Shown: in pieces, positions 37,200-47,735 of the stretch
How the letters are laid out: each line of letters begins with the position of its first letter
How positions within the stretch are numbered: position 1 is the first letter of the stretch
From: Minisyncoccia bacterium
Lineage (GTDB): Bacteria > Patescibacteriota > Minisyncoccia > Phycocordibacterales > GWA1-40-21
Assembly (NCBI GenBank): GCA_049695975.1
Contig: JBAVTE010000012.1
Span: 7,665-71,664, forward strand
DNA: 64,000 nt
Direction: 5' to 3'
Translations under genes and position numbers: made by a program
The notes under the pieces: generated by a model
The model's database searches: none
Told to the model about the DNA's origin: nothing
Seen by the model: the letters and a program-made list of their open reading frames with translations, nothing else

Positions 37200-38888
37200 T
37201 TAAAGTTTGGAGAAATCTACCGCCTCTTCAAGTGTGGTTATACCTAGAATGACCTTCACAAGAGTACCATAATCCAATGTTTCCATACCATTATTTTTTG
37301 CTTCTGTTTGAATATCATTTGATGACACTCTATTTTTTATCATCTCTCTTATTTTATCATTAACCTCAAGAAGCTCAAAGACACCTATTCTGCCATCATA
37401 ACCAGTATGATTACATACCTTACATCCAGATCCTTTATATAATTTTATTTTACTCAAATCGACATCTTGTATTTTTAGAAACTTTTCAAAAGATTCTTTG
37501 ATGTTAGAATATTTATTAAGAACTTCCAATTCTTTGCCTATTGGGGAATAGCTTATCTTACAAACTTCACAAATCTTCCTTACAAGTTTCTGAGCGATAA
37601 TCAAATTCACCGAAGAAGCGACAAGAAAAGGTTCTATTCCCATTTCTTCCAATCGAGGAAATACTGTGACAGAATCGTTTGCGTGTATAGAAGAAAAAAG
37701 AACATGACCAGTCATTGCAGCATTTACTGCAATAGTGGCAGTTTCTGCATCTCGAATCTCTCCAACCATTATGACATCTGGGTCTTGTCGCACAATTGAG
37801 CGAAGACCGTTTGCAAATGTTAAATCTTTTTTTAAATTAACCTGTATTTGTTGAACATTTTCCATAGCATATTCAACAGGGTCTTCTATTGTAACAACAT
37901 TTAGAGAATGTTTGTCTATTACCTGAATAAGGGCATATAAAGTTGTAGTTTTTCCTGAGCCAGTCGCTCCAGCCGAAAGAATCATACCATGCGGTTTGTT
38001 AATTATCTCTTTTACTTTTTCCAAACCTAAATCTGAAAGACCTAATTCGGTAATTGAAATCTTTCTGGCTCTCTCTGAAAGAATTCTGAGTACAATGTTT
38101 TCTCCATTAGTAACTGGCAAGACAGAGACACGAACATCGAAGTTTTCATTTTCCATTTTAAAGGGAAACTTACCGTCTTGAGTGGCAGAGTGCTCGTCTG
38201 TATGAAGTCGCGACATTATTTTAACCCTAAAAACTATTTTGGGATGAATAGTTGCTGGATATTCAATACTCTTATAAAGCACTCCGTCTATTCTGTATCT
38301 TACAATCACGGTTTCTCTATCAAGAGGTTCAATGTGAATATCGGAAGCTTTTATGTTATAACCATATTCAATAAGTGTATCCACCATCTTTATAATATCC
38401 TGATCATCATTTATTTCCTGATAGTGTTTCAAAAGAATTTTTATTTTTTTTTCAATATCAGTACTGTAATACTTCAGACCATCTTCTATACCTAAAGGAG
38501 TAGTGTAATAGACAGAAATTTTCTTTTTTGTATTTTTTTCTAATAACTTAATAAATTCATAATTCTCTGGATTTACGGTAGCTAATTTGAAAGTGTCTTC
38601 TGTCATATCAAAGAAAACCGCTCTCTGCGCTCTTGCTACTTCCTCAGGAATAAGTTTCATAAGCTCATTCGTCACCCTTTCGAATTTTAAATCAACATAT
38701 TCAAATCCTATAAAAGTAGCAATGGCTTCACCAAGCTCGTGGTCAGAGATATATTTTCTCTGTACGAGTACTACCTCTATGGGAAGTTTTTCTTTTTCTG
38801 AAATTTTAAAGGCTTTATCAAAATCAACATCCTTAACTAAACCATTATCAATAAGAATTCTGGCAAGATTTGTAATTGATATAACCAT
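37200..38888 (-). CDS. pilB: type IV pilus assembly ATPase PilB (GspE family)
   Basis: Walker A GATGSGKTTTLYAL, Asp and His boxes, tetracysteine CEVC...CKVCNHTGYDGRIGVFE. Confidence 0.9.
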   Translation of the reverse strand: MVISITNLARILIDNGLVKDVDFDKAFKISEKEKLPIEVVLVQRKYISDHELGEAIATFIGFEYVDLKFERVTNELMKLIPEEVARAQRAVFFDMTEDTFKLATVNPENYEFIKLLEKNTKKKISVYYTTPLGIEDGLKYYSTDIEKKIKILLKHYQEINDDQDIIKMVDTLIEYGYNIKASDIHIEPLDRETVIVRYRIDGVLYKSIEYPATIHPKIVFRVKIMSRLHTDEHSATQDGKFPFKMENENFDVRVSVLPVTNGENIVLRILSERARKISITELGLSDLGLEKVKEIINKPHGMILSAGATGSGKTTTLYALIQVIDKHSLNVVTIEDPVEYAMENVQQIQVNLKKDLTFANGLRSIVRQDPDVIMVGEIRDAETATIAVNAAMTGHVLFSSIHANDSVTVFPRLEEMGIEPFLVASSVNLIIAQKLVRKICEVCKISYSPIGKELEVLNKYSNIKESFEKFLKIQDVDLSKIKLYKGSGCKVCNHTGYDGRIGVFELLEVNDKIREMIKNRVSSNDIQTEAKNNGMETLDYGTLVKVILGITTLEEAVDFSKL

Positions 38889-38899
38889 ATTAAGAAAAA

Positions 38900-39394
38900 T
38901 TATTTCGTGACGGAAATTGTGGCAGTTCCAGCTGCAGAAGGAGCACAGACTGTGATTCTACTTGTGGTAGGATTTTTAACAATATAATAACCTGTACCAT
39001 TTGTGCTTGTACTACCTTGTGGATCAACTGGCATAGCTGAAAGATATGTTCCGGCGTCTGTAGTGGAAGCTAAGCTTATTAAACCAGCACAAGACCCACC
39101 CGTAATACATATTTCATTTGTAGAAGTTGCCGAACTGCAACTACTATCTTGTGCGATAGCGGTTGGCCCAGGCAAAGTGCCACCATGGTCTATAGCGTAT
39201 TGGTAAACTGCACTAATAATAGTATTTACATCAGACCATCTCTTTGCGTCGTTTGCCGCACCTAACTGTTTGGAAGGATTGATAGCTACAATTACAATAC
39301 CTGCAAGTATTGCAATAATAGCAACAACCAAAAGCATTTCCAAAAGGGTAAAACCTTTTTTATAGGATCGGGATATTTTTTTCATTGTTTTCAT
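38900..39394 (-). CDS. pilA: type IV pilin (probable major pilin; first gene of the operon)
   Basis: KKGFTLLEMLLVVAIIAILAGIV prepilin leader; C-terminal Cys pair. Confidence 0.8.
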   Translation of the reverse strand: MKTMKKISRSYKKGFTLLEMLLVVAIIAILAGIVIVAINPSKQLGAANDAKRWSDVNTIISAVYQYAIDHGGTLPGPTAIAQDSSCSSATSTNEICITGGSCAGLISLASTTDAGTYLSAMPVDPQGSTSTNGTGYYIVKNPTTSRITVCAPSAAGTATISVTK

Positions 39395-39557
39395 AAATAT
39401 TAATTAATAAATAAATATATTAGTATATTGTAACATATCAAAAACAAATTTTCACAATCTAAACCTCTTTATTCCGGCTAACGAGGATAAAAGTGATAAT
39501 AATAAAAAAATAAATACTTAAAATCTAAGACACAATAGTTATAGACCTTACCTTTTA

Positions 39558-40394
39558 TTATTTTATCTCATAAGTCACACTAACATTCGAAGTAACTGTA
39601 TTCTGTCCTGCAGGTATAACAGCGGGGGCTGAAGCACCTGTTTCTGCACGATTTGATTTACTATACATCACAGAATCGTAATAAACAGGATAGTTTCCAG
39701 ATTCCGAGAAAGCAGTGATTTTGACCAATTTTACACCTAAACTTTTTGCCAAATTTTTAGCTTGAGCTCTAGCATCTTGAACTGCCAAATCTCTGGCTTG
39801 TAATTTTACTGCGTCTTCATTATCCACAGTGAAAGATAGTCCGCTCATATTTGTTGCGCCAAATCCTCCCACACCAGAAAGGATAGCCCCCGCCTTAGAA
39901 ATATCTCTGATTTTTACGGAGACTGTCTGACTGACATCATATCCAGACAAAACTTGTTTACCATTATATGGATAAATAGTAGTGCTTATATAATCATACC
40001 TTGGATAAATGCTATAATCTGTAGTTTTAATATCTTTTTCATCAATGCCAGAAGATTTCAAAAAATTAATAATCTTTGTCATCTTTTCAGTAGAAGCGGT
40101 CTGCGCTTTACCTACATCCATATCTTCAGCTAAAACAGAGAAAGAAATATTTGCAATGTCAGGTTTCACTATTACTTCACCTTTACCAGAAACGGTGATA
40201 GTATCTTTTTGAACATTGCTTTTATTGTACCCATGTCCACCGCAGATCATTCTACCTGCAATGATGACAACGACAATAAGCAAGATAATTCCCATTATTT
40301 TATGTCCTTTACCTGCTGGGCACCATCCGCATTTCTGACACATTTTGCAATCACAACCTTGACCCGAATTCGCATTTTGATTATTTATTTCCAT
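39558..40394 (-). CDS. SIMPL (DUF541) domain protein with Cys-rich N-terminus and TM
   Basis: ITVSGKGEVIVKPDIANISFSV and C-terminal TVTSNVSVTYEI match SIMPL; N-terminal CDCKMCQKCGWC cluster. Confidence 0.7.
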   Translation of the reverse strand: MEINNQNANSGQGCDCKMCQKCGWCPAGKGHKIMGIILLIVVVIIAGRMICGGHGYNKSNVQKDTITVSGKGEVIVKPDIANISFSVLAEDMDVGKAQTASTEKMTKIINFLKSSGIDEKDIKTTDYSIYPRYDYISTTIYPYNGKQVLSGYDVSQTVSVKIRDISKAGAILSGVGGFGATNMSGLSFTVDNEDAVKLQARDLAVQDARAQAKNLAKSLGVKLVKITAFSESGNYPVYYDSVMYSKSNRAETGASAPAVIPAGQNTVTSNVSVTYEIK

Positions 40395-40492
40395 ATTTTT
40401 TACTTATTTCCATCAAAGACAGATTTAAGTTAATTAAACTAATAATACCCCCTATTATATCACACATATTAGACACAACAATTATTAAAACA

Positions 40493-41308
40493 TTACATCA
40501 TATTCTCAAATAGAGAAATCACTGTCATAGGTCCTACCCCACCCGGAACGGGGCTTATAGCACTTACTATTTTTGACACATTTTCAAAATCTACATCACC
40601 ACAAATTCCGTCTTTTACTTTACTTATTCCTACATCTATCACCACCTGACCTTTTTTTACAAAATCTTTTTTGAGGAATTTTGGTTTACCAAGAGCCACT
40701 ACGAGAATATCCGCCTGTTTTGTCTCAGCTTTTAAATTTCTTGTTTTGCTATGACAAATAGTCACTGTGGCATCTCTGTTCAGGAAAGCATTTGCAATAG
40801 ATCTGCCTGCGATAAGGGACCTCCCCACCACCACGACTTTTTTGCCACTAATTTTAATTTTATAAAAATCAAGAAGAGAAATGATACCTCTCGCTGTGGC
40901 GGGCACGATAGCACTTTTATCATTTACAAAAAACTTTTTAATATTAACCGAGGAAAGTCCATCCGCATCTTTTTGGGGATCTATCGCATCTATGATTTTT
41001 ACAGAATTCAAATTTGCAGGTAATGGTAATTGAACGATAATCCCTTTTACATAATTATCTAGATTTTTTTTTATAATTTGAGAAATGAAATCATTTTCTC
41101 TCATACTCTCGTTGAGTTGAATATATCTGACATTAAAACCAATTTTTTCACCAAAAATCTTTTTTTGTTTTATGTAAGTACTAGATCTTTCATCGTTTCC
41201 AACCTGAAAAACCACAAGCTCTGGTTTCTTGTTTAATTTTGAGACTTTTTCATTTAGCTTTTTTGCAAGAAAATCTCGCACCTTTTTTCCATCAAGTATT
41301 TTTACCAT
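40493..41308 (-). CDS. folD: bifunctional methylenetetrahydrofolate dehydrogenase/cyclohydrolase
   Basis: ILDGKKV..., GIIVQLPLP and VVVVGRSLIAGRSIANAF motifs; start taken at MVKILDGKK. Confidence 0.9.
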   Translation of the reverse strand: MVKILDGKKVRDFLAKKLNEKVSKLNKKPELVVFQVGNDERSSTYIKQKKIFGEKIGFNVRYIQLNESMRENDFISQIIKKNLDNYVKGIIVQLPLPANLNSVKIIDAIDPQKDADGLSSVNIKKFFVNDKSAIVPATARGIISLLDFYKIKISGKKVVVVGRSLIAGRSIANAFLNRDATVTICHSKTRNLKAETKQADILVVALGKPKFLKKDFVKKGQVVIDVGISKVKDGICGDVDFENVSKIVSAISPVPGGVGPMTVISLFENMM

Positions 41309-41351
41309 TAGTGTAATATAACAGAAATATGTAAATATACAAAACAAAAAA

Positions 41352-41462
41352 ATCTTCTGGGAAAGGTGTTTTTATGAACATTGCACAGGCCGACTGGGCC
41401 GAGCATAACAAATTTTCAGCAGAAAATTATGTGCGTTCAGAAAAATACTTTTCCCAGGAGAT
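41352..41462. repeat. stem-enclosed intergenic element (13-bp inverted repeat ATCTTCTGGGAAA/TTTCCCAGGAGAT around about 85 nt), possible composite terminator after the methyltransferase gene
   Basis: Long-range inverted repeat with one mismatch, an inner AATTTTC-AGCAG-GAAAATT hairpin, and a U-run on the minus strand. Same architecture as families A and B but a different core. Confidence 0.3.
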
Positions 41463-41473
41463 TTTGTTCTAGA

Positions 41474-42364
41474 TTATAAATTCCACCGAGCAAAAATTCC
41501 ACAAGGAAGCAAACGTCCTGACTTTGATTCTTCTATGGTAAGTTCCCCCGCTTCAAAACTACCGTTGTATTTTTTTAAAATTGACTCCAAAGCATTGTAA
41601 TAAGCAGTAGCAGAATAACCAGCAGCATAGCCATTTATCAGAAAAAGAACAGGATTATCTGAAAGAATCTTAGAACATTCTTCAATAAGTTTGAGAAAGT
41701 CATCTTCAATTTTCCAAATCTCACCTTTGCCTCCCCTACCAAAAGATGGTGGATCCATGATAATCCCATCGTATTTATTTCCCCTCTTTATTTCCCTCAT
41801 CACAAATTTTCTAGCGTCGTCCACGAGCCATCTTACCGGCATACCACTCAAACCCGAAAGGATGGCATTCTCTTTCGCCCAAGTAATTGTAGATTTTGAA
41901 CCATCTATATGAGTAACTTCTGCTCCAGCCGAAAGTCCGGCAAGCGTAGCTCCGCCAGTGTATCCAAAAAGATTAAGAAGTTTGACTGGTTTTCCAAGGC
42001 CAGACCTTAATAAAACCTCTTTTTTAACTTTTTCTTTTATCCATTTCCAGTTTGATTCTTGCTCTGGAAAAACGCCAGTGTGTTTAAAAGCTGTTGGCTT
42101 AATATTAAATTTTAATTCATCAAAACTTATTTGCCATTCATTTGGCATGCTTACGCTTTTCTTCCAGCCTTTCTTTCCGCTTTCATTATAAAAATATCCA
42201 TCGGCTCCTTTCCAATCACTTTCAGGTAAAACTTTCTTCCACAAAGCCTGCGGATCTGGCCTTCGTAAAATATATTTTCCGTATCTTTCAAGTTTTTCAC
42301 CATCTCCACTGTCCAAAAGTTCGTAATCTACACTTACTTTTGTAATTAAAGTTTTTAGTTCCAT
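41474..42364 (-). CDS. class I SAM-dependent rRNA methyltransferase (RlmI/YccW-like)
   Basis: GYTGGATLAGLSAGAEVTHID SAM-binding motif and IIMDPPSFGRG (DPPxF). Confidence 0.7.
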   Translation of the reverse strand: MELKTLITKVSVDYELLDSGDGEKLERYGKYILRRPDPQALWKKVLPESDWKGADGYFYNESGKKGWKKSVSMPNEWQISFDELKFNIKPTAFKHTGVFPEQESNWKWIKEKVKKEVLLRSGLGKPVKLLNLFGYTGGATLAGLSAGAEVTHIDGSKSTITWAKENAILSGLSGMPVRWLVDDARKFVMREIKRGNKYDGIIMDPPSFGRGGKGEIWKIEDDFLKLIEECSKILSDNPVLFLINGYAAGYSATAYYNALESILKKYNGSFEAGELTIEESKSGRLLPCGIFARWNL

Positions 42365-42403
42365 GATAGAAATACTATATCAGCAAAAAACAAAAAGAGA
42401 AAG

Positions 42404-43189
42404 TTAGATACTAAAAACTTTCTTAGCGTTTTCTAAAAGTTGTAATCGGACTTTCTCTGGATCTTCCCCACGAATTTCGGCAATTTTTTTATAGACCTCT
42501 ATGACATAAGATGGTTCGTTACGCTCTCCCCTATGTGGCAGAGGTGATGCATATGGAGAATCCGTCTCGGCATGAATTTTATCAAGCGGAATTGATTTAA
42601 TTACCTTATCAAAATCCCTTAGATAGGTAATAATTCCCGGAAAAGAAATTGTAAAACCGAGTCCAATAAATCTCTCCGCGTTTTTCAAACTTGAAGTAAA
42701 AAAATGTAAATTGCCAAAAACTTTTCCTTCATATTTTTTCAGAATTTCGTAGGCATCATCATGAGCATCACGAATATGGAGCATGAGTGGCTTTTTGTAT
42801 TTTATCGCAAATTCAATTTGTTTTATAAAATTTTCTTTCTGCTTCTGCTTCACTTTTTCCAAGGAGAGACCTTCCAAAGCTAAGGACTCGTCTTTGAAAA
42901 AATAATCCAATCCACACTCTCCTATTGCCACCACTTTTGGATTTTTTACCAGCTCTTCATAATTCTTCTCATTAAATACTTCTGTTGGATTATCATTTGG
43001 ATGCATTCCAACACATGCCCAAATGTTTTCATTTTCAGTGGCTACTTTTACAGCTTCTTTTGATGATTCTAAATCAGCACCTACTACAATAGTGGCAACA
43101 TCGGCATCCTGCATTCTTTTAATAACTTCCTTCTGATCAGTTCCGTAATCATCAAAACCAAGATGTGAATGGATGTCTATATATTTCAT
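42404..43189 (-). CDS. tatD: TatD family metal-dependent hydrolase (DNase)
   Basis: IDIHSHL..., ECGLDYF and His/Asp/Glu metal ligands. Confidence 0.85.
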   Translation of the reverse strand: MKYIDIHSHLGFDDYGTDQKEVIKRMQDADVATIVVGADLESSKEAVKVATENENIWACVGMHPNDNPTEVFNEKNYEELVKNPKVVAIGECGLDYFFKDESLALEGLSLEKVKQKQKENFIKQIEFAIKYKKPLMLHIRDAHDDAYEILKKYEGKVFGNLHFFTSSLKNAERFIGLGFTISFPGIITYLRDFDKVIKSIPLDKIHAETDSPYASPLPHRGERNEPSYVIEVYKKIAEIRGEDPEKVRLQLLENAKKVFSI

Positions 43190-43190
43190 A

Positions 43191-44687
43191 TTATTCCATT
43201 CTTAAAAATAGGGGTTTTTCTGGCATTTTATTTTCTTTTATAAGTCTTAATATTTCTTTTGCAGTTTCCGGCATTACCGACTGAAGAAGTAAAGCAATCG
43301 TATATAAATTTATTAAAATTTCTTTTATACATTCAACACCTTTCGTTTTATCTCCCAAATCATCACTTTTTAGTAATTTGAATGGTTGTAATCTTTGTAT
43401 TATTCCATCAAGTATTTGTATACGAGTCCACAACAAATCCATGGCATGCTTAATATTAAATTTGTCTATTAAATTTGAAAAACGTATAGGGTCACTTATA
43501 TCACTCTCTAAAGCTTGTTCGTATGTGGGAAATTCATCAATAGTGATGTTATTAGTTGTCGCCATTTTCATAACTCGCGAAACCAAATTTCCCAAACCAT
43601 TTGCAAGATTGGCATTGTAAGATTCTTTAAACATTTCCTCGGACATTGGACTGTCTTCAAATGTGCTGAGTTCTCTAGTAACAAAATATCGAAGTGCATC
43701 GGTACCATATTTTTCTATAAGATACACTGGGCTGACAACATTTCCAAGTGATTTGCTCATTTTGAGACCCCCAGGACCTGTGACAAATCCGTCTATCACG
43801 ATAGTTTTAGAATTTGGAAGCCCACAGGCCATAAGCATCGCCTGCCACATTGCTGACTGTTGGCGAAGGTTATCTTTTCCACAGTACTGCACCATTCCGC
43901 CTGTTTTTACCTGCCACTTTTCAAACTTTTTCATATCCATAGGCCATCCGATAGCGGTAACATAGTTTACAAGAGCGTCAAACCAAACATACATTATGTG
44001 TTCACTATCTCCTGGTACTTCTATTCCCCAAGGCATTTTGCTTTTAAGACGAGAAATACTAAAATCTTGTAAGCTTCTCTCTACAAATGCTTTTATTTCA
44101 TTAAATCTAAAATCTGGAACAACAAAATTTGGATTCTTTTTGTAAAAGTCCAAAAGTTTTTCACTAAAGGCAGAAAATTTGAAAAAATAATTTTCTTCAT
44201 CGCGAATTTCAAGCGTAAGATTGGGGTGGTCAGGGCATTTGCCATCGACAAGATCAGAATCTGTCTTTTCAAGCTCACAACCCACACAATATTTTATCTG
44301 ATAATTTTTTTTATAAATGTATCCGTTCTTATCACAAGTTTCCCAAAATTCTTGTGCTGATTTGATGTGTTTTTCATCTGTTGTACGGATAAAATTGCGA
44401 GTTATACCATCTACCTCATTAACACCCATCAATTTTAGAAGTTTTTTAAACTTATCAGCAAAAAAATCAGTATATTCTTTTGGAGTTTTATTTTCCTCAA
44501 GAGCTTTCTCATAAAGCTTCTGCCCATGTTCATCTGTTCCAGTATTAAAAAATACTTCATATCCGAGCAGTTTTTTGTATCGAGCTATCACGTCTGCACG
44601 AACGATTTCAAGTGCATGCCCCATATGCGCTTCGGCATTTACATACGGCAAAGTGGTAGTAATATAAAAAGGTTTTTTGTTTTCCAT
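43191..44687 (-). CDS. metG: methionine--tRNA ligase
   Basis: PYVNAEAHMGHALE (HMGH), zinc knuckle and KMSKSLGN. Confidence 0.9.
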   Translation of the reverse strand: MENKKPFYITTTLPYVNAEAHMGHALEIVRADVIARYKKLLGYEVFFNTGTDEHGQKLYEKALEENKTPKEYTDFFADKFKKLLKLMGVNEVDGITRNFIRTTDEKHIKSAQEFWETCDKNGYIYKKNYQIKYCVGCELEKTDSDLVDGKCPDHPNLTLEIRDEENYFFKFSAFSEKLLDFYKKNPNFVVPDFRFNEIKAFVERSLQDFSISRLKSKMPWGIEVPGDSEHIMYVWFDALVNYVTAIGWPMDMKKFEKWQVKTGGMVQYCGKDNLRQQSAMWQAMLMACGLPNSKTIVIDGFVTGPGGLKMSKSLGNVVSPVYLIEKYGTDALRYFVTRELSTFEDSPMSEEMFKESYNANLANGLGNLVSRVMKMATTNNITIDEFPTYEQALESDISDPIRFSNLIDKFNIKHAMDLLWTRIQILDGIIQRLQPFKLLKSDDLGDKTKGVECIKEILINLYTIALLLQSVMPETAKEILRLIKENKMPEKPLFLRME

Positions 44688-44696
44688 CTTCTGTTT

Positions 44697-45881
44697 CTAT
44701 TTTAAAGAATCTTCACCTGATAAAATACTTGGCATTGGAGTCTTTTTTCTTTTTTCAATATCTTCCACAAATTCCATGACGGCAGAAACAATCGGCACAG
44801 ACAAAATAATTCCAAGAAATCCAGCAAGTTTTGCGCCAATAATTAAAGATAAAATAACCAAAATTGGTGAAACACCAACAATCTTTTTGACAACAAGAGG
44901 ATAAATGAGGTGATTTTCAAATTGCTGGAGAATAATATAAAGCCCAACAACGATAAGCGCTGCCGTGACTCCGCCGTCTACAAAGGCCGAAAGAATGGCT
45001 GGGATAGAGGCAAGAACTGGCCCGAAGAGTGGGATAATTTCAAGAACCCCCGCAAGAAGAGCGAGCATAAGGGCATTTTTTACACCAAGAATAGTAAGTC
45101 CAAGATATACCAGGACGCTTATCACAAGCATAAGAACAAGCTGTCCCTGCATCCAATATGCAATCTTTTTTTGTGATCTTTTCCAAAGACCAACAATATA
45201 CTTTTCCTTGCTCTCGGGGCTGATAAGACATAGAAAATCAGCAACTCCATCTTCTCTCACAACAAAATAAAAAGATAATACAACAATGAGTACGAAAGAA
45301 AAAAGTCCACCAAAAATAATACTTATCATCTTGACAAAGTTGTCTGAAGCTCCAGATGCAAGTTGCTGAACCATTTGAATTAGATCTTTGAGACCAAAAG
45401 GTGAATTTAAAACGGCCTGGCTTGTCACATTGTTGCTAATAGTAGCACCAAGACCTGATACGAGAGAGCTAGGATTGGCTAGACCCCCCGAAATATTATC
45501 AACTACTTGTTGCGATTTCGTAATAATTTCGCTACTTGCACCAGATGGGTTCCATAGTGTCGCAGACTCAAGATATTTTGGCAAAGAATTTAAAAATGAA
45601 GAAGTTTCCTTCAACACTGAAGGTATAAAAAAATAAAAAAGCCCAGCAAAAACAGCAAAAAGTCCAAGATATGTGATGATAGCAGCAGGCAATCTGGCGA
45701 TTTTGTATCTGCCAAAAAGTGATATGAACGGCTCAAGTCCGGAAGCAAGGACAATTGCAACAATCACTACCAAAATTAAATCTTTGATAAAAAATATAAA
45801 CCAAAATCCTAAAATGACCAAAATAATTTTAATTATTGTTCCGGTCGTGATATTTAAAGATATTTTTGATTCCTTTTCCAT
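44697..45881 (-). CDS. AI-2E family transporter (PerM/YhhT-like)
   Basis: 394 aa polytopic; conserved ...LLAGVLEIIPLFGPVLASIP... region. Confidence 0.8.
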   Translation of the reverse strand: MEKESKISLNITTGTIIKIILVILGFWFIFFIKDLILVVIVAIVLASGLEPFISLFGRYKIARLPAAIITYLGLFAVFAGLFYFFIPSVLKETSSFLNSLPKYLESATLWNPSGASSEIITKSQQVVDNISGGLANPSSLVSGLGATISNNVTSQAVLNSPFGLKDLIQMVQQLASGASDNFVKMISIIFGGLFSFVLIVVLSFYFVVREDGVADFLCLISPESKEKYIVGLWKRSQKKIAYWMQGQLVLMLVISVLVYLGLTILGVKNALMLALLAGVLEIIPLFGPVLASIPAILSAFVDGGVTAALIVVGLYIILQQFENHLIYPLVVKKIVGVSPILVILSLIIGAKLAGFLGIILSVPIVSAVMEFVEDIEKRKKTPMPSILSGEDSLK

Positions 45882-45940
45882 TTATAAAATTATACTCCAA
45901 AAATGCTTTTTATTCAATGGCTGAGATTTTGTTTAAGTTT

Positions 45941-47728
45941 TTAATTTTCTAATTCTTTCCAGCTTGTAACATTAAAAGACCCAGATGGACCATTAACAAA
46001 ATTTGGATTAATTAGTCCACTTTCATAATCAATTATATTATTTCCGTCTATTACAATTTTATTTGCAGTTGCTTCATTTACTTTTGAACTTCCAATTAAA
46101 TGAATTGTTCCCTTTTGGGCATTTAGGACAACAGATCCACTATCTCCAGACACATCAATCGCGTATAATCCGTTACAATTTGAACTGTCACAAGTACTGT
46201 TCGAAACCAAAATAATATAACCGCCTGATACTCCCGAACCACTTACGGAGCAACTATTAGGAATGGTAACTTTTCCATCAGTAACTATAACTCCACTATT
46301 TGAACCATAGGACGATGAAAGTTTTAATTTTGCATTACCCTCCAAAGTTATATTTCCCGTCACCCAGAGGGTTCCCGTAACCGTAAGTATAGCACTATTA
46401 CTAAGATTTAAATTACCAACAATTTTCTTCGGTCCAAGAGAACCAGTCTCATCGTCGGATAAAGTATAGCTACTATTTCTGATCCCTCCCACTAGTGCTT
46501 CCGCTTCCCAGTCGCTTATATTTGTATCAGAAATAGGAAAGTCGGCAGGAGCCGGGTCAATATATGTATCATCGCAATTTTTATTATTATTTGGCATGGA
46601 CCCAATTTGGCATTTCATAAAACCATCGGAATTTACATAATTTAAAGAAGGCGCCCATGCTCCCCCACTGATGTGAAACTGATTCCATCGTTCATAACCC
46701 TTAATTTTTCCAAAATTCTCTCCTAAAAATATTTTAAAATATGAATCATAATTTGTGTCATTCCAAGAACCGCCGATGTTTCCTGTCTTAGCTGTACCAT
46801 TCATATAAGAATTATCCAAATTTGCTGCTGTTATAAAATAATTAGAGCTGTTAGTTGAAGTGCCTAAAGCAATCCAATATCTGTTTCCAACTATGAGTTT
46901 AGGATTTGTGTCAAAAGGTACTTCTATCCAACTATAACTTGTGGTAATTAACGTTGCATCTATTTTAACAGATAAAATAATATCTTCTAAATTTCCACTA
47001 GGACTTCCAGAGGAATCTTTGATAATTTTAACAAAAACTTCCTGTGGCCAACCAACTTTTTTTATAAAAATATTCGTTTGAACTAGTGGGGATGATGTAG
47101 AAACAACAAAACTTTGTGCCACATATTGTGCCTCATTTGTCTTATTGAATATTATTGAATTTGGTGGTGAAGATGAAGCTAAATTTTGCTCTGCAATAAA
47201 AAGATTTGGTTCTCTCGCTACTATTGCAGTGCCATTAATTTTTGCAGATGAATTGTATGAAATGATATCTCCGCCTGAATATACATTCCCATTTACTGTT
47301 CCACTATTATTAAATATAATACCCCCCTGTCCAGCTTGAATCCCGTAAGAAAAAGAAACTCCAGATCCCTCTTTGATGGACGCCTGCGTCTTTCTCACAT
47401 AGCCACCCATATCGGCAGTGGTAGTAATAGTTTTGCTTCCATCTGGATTATCAATAATAGAAGTCAAAACAGAATCACTGTCGCTACCATTTAAAAGAGG
47501 TAGAGATTCACTAGAATTTACAGTAAAACCTCCTTTTAATCTATAGACTACGTCATTCACACCCGATTCACTCATAAAAAAAGTATTTTTTGTATTCCAA
47601 AGATCGGAAGTAATCTTGGTTTGTTTAATAATGGGAGTAATAAAACCAAGAATAAGTATAGATGAGAGTGCGACAAAAAATATTGCGGTAAAAATCATTA
47701 TTTGTCCTTTTTTAAAATTCTTTTTCAT
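45941..47728 (-). CDS. hypothetical large secreted pilus-associated protein (N-terminal hydrophobic pilin-like anchor)
   Basis: 595 aa; KKGQIMIFTAIFFVALSSIL N-terminus lacks Glu5; beta-rich, Asn/Ser/Gly-rich ectodomain; last gene of the second pilus operon. Confidence 0.4.
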   Translation of the reverse strand: MKKNFKKGQIMIFTAIFFVALSSILILGFITPIIKQTKITSDLWNTKNTFFMSESGVNDVVYRLKGGFTVNSSESLPLLNGSDSDSVLTSIIDNPDGSKTITTTADMGGYVRKTQASIKEGSGVSFSYGIQAGQGGIIFNNSGTVNGNVYSGGDIISYNSSAKINGTAIVAREPNLFIAEQNLASSSPPNSIIFNKTNEAQYVAQSFVVSTSSPLVQTNIFIKKVGWPQEVFVKIIKDSSGSPSGNLEDIILSVKIDATLITTSYSWIEVPFDTNPKLIVGNRYWIALGTSTNSSNYFITAANLDNSYMNGTAKTGNIGGSWNDTNYDSYFKIFLGENFGKIKGYERWNQFHISGGAWAPSLNYVNSDGFMKCQIGSMPNNNKNCDDTYIDPAPADFPISDTNISDWEAEALVGGIRNSSYTLSDDETGSLGPKKIVGNLNLSNSAILTVTGTLWVTGNITLEGNAKLKLSSSYGSNSGVIVTDGKVTIPNSCSVSGSGVSGGYIILVSNSTCDSSNCNGLYAIDVSGDSGSVVLNAQKGTIHLIGSSKVNEATANKIVIDGNNIIDYESGLINPNFVNGPSGSFNVTSWKELEN

Positions 47729-47735
47729 TTTTGTT

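Noticed and set aside
41371-41466. 31-codon plus-strand ORF (MNIAQADWAEHNKFSAENYVRSEKYFSQEILF) inside the 41352-41462 stem-enclosed element
   Set aside because: It lies antisense to the direction of all flanking genes and within a structured inverted-repeat element, with no ribosome-binding site; probably fortuitous.
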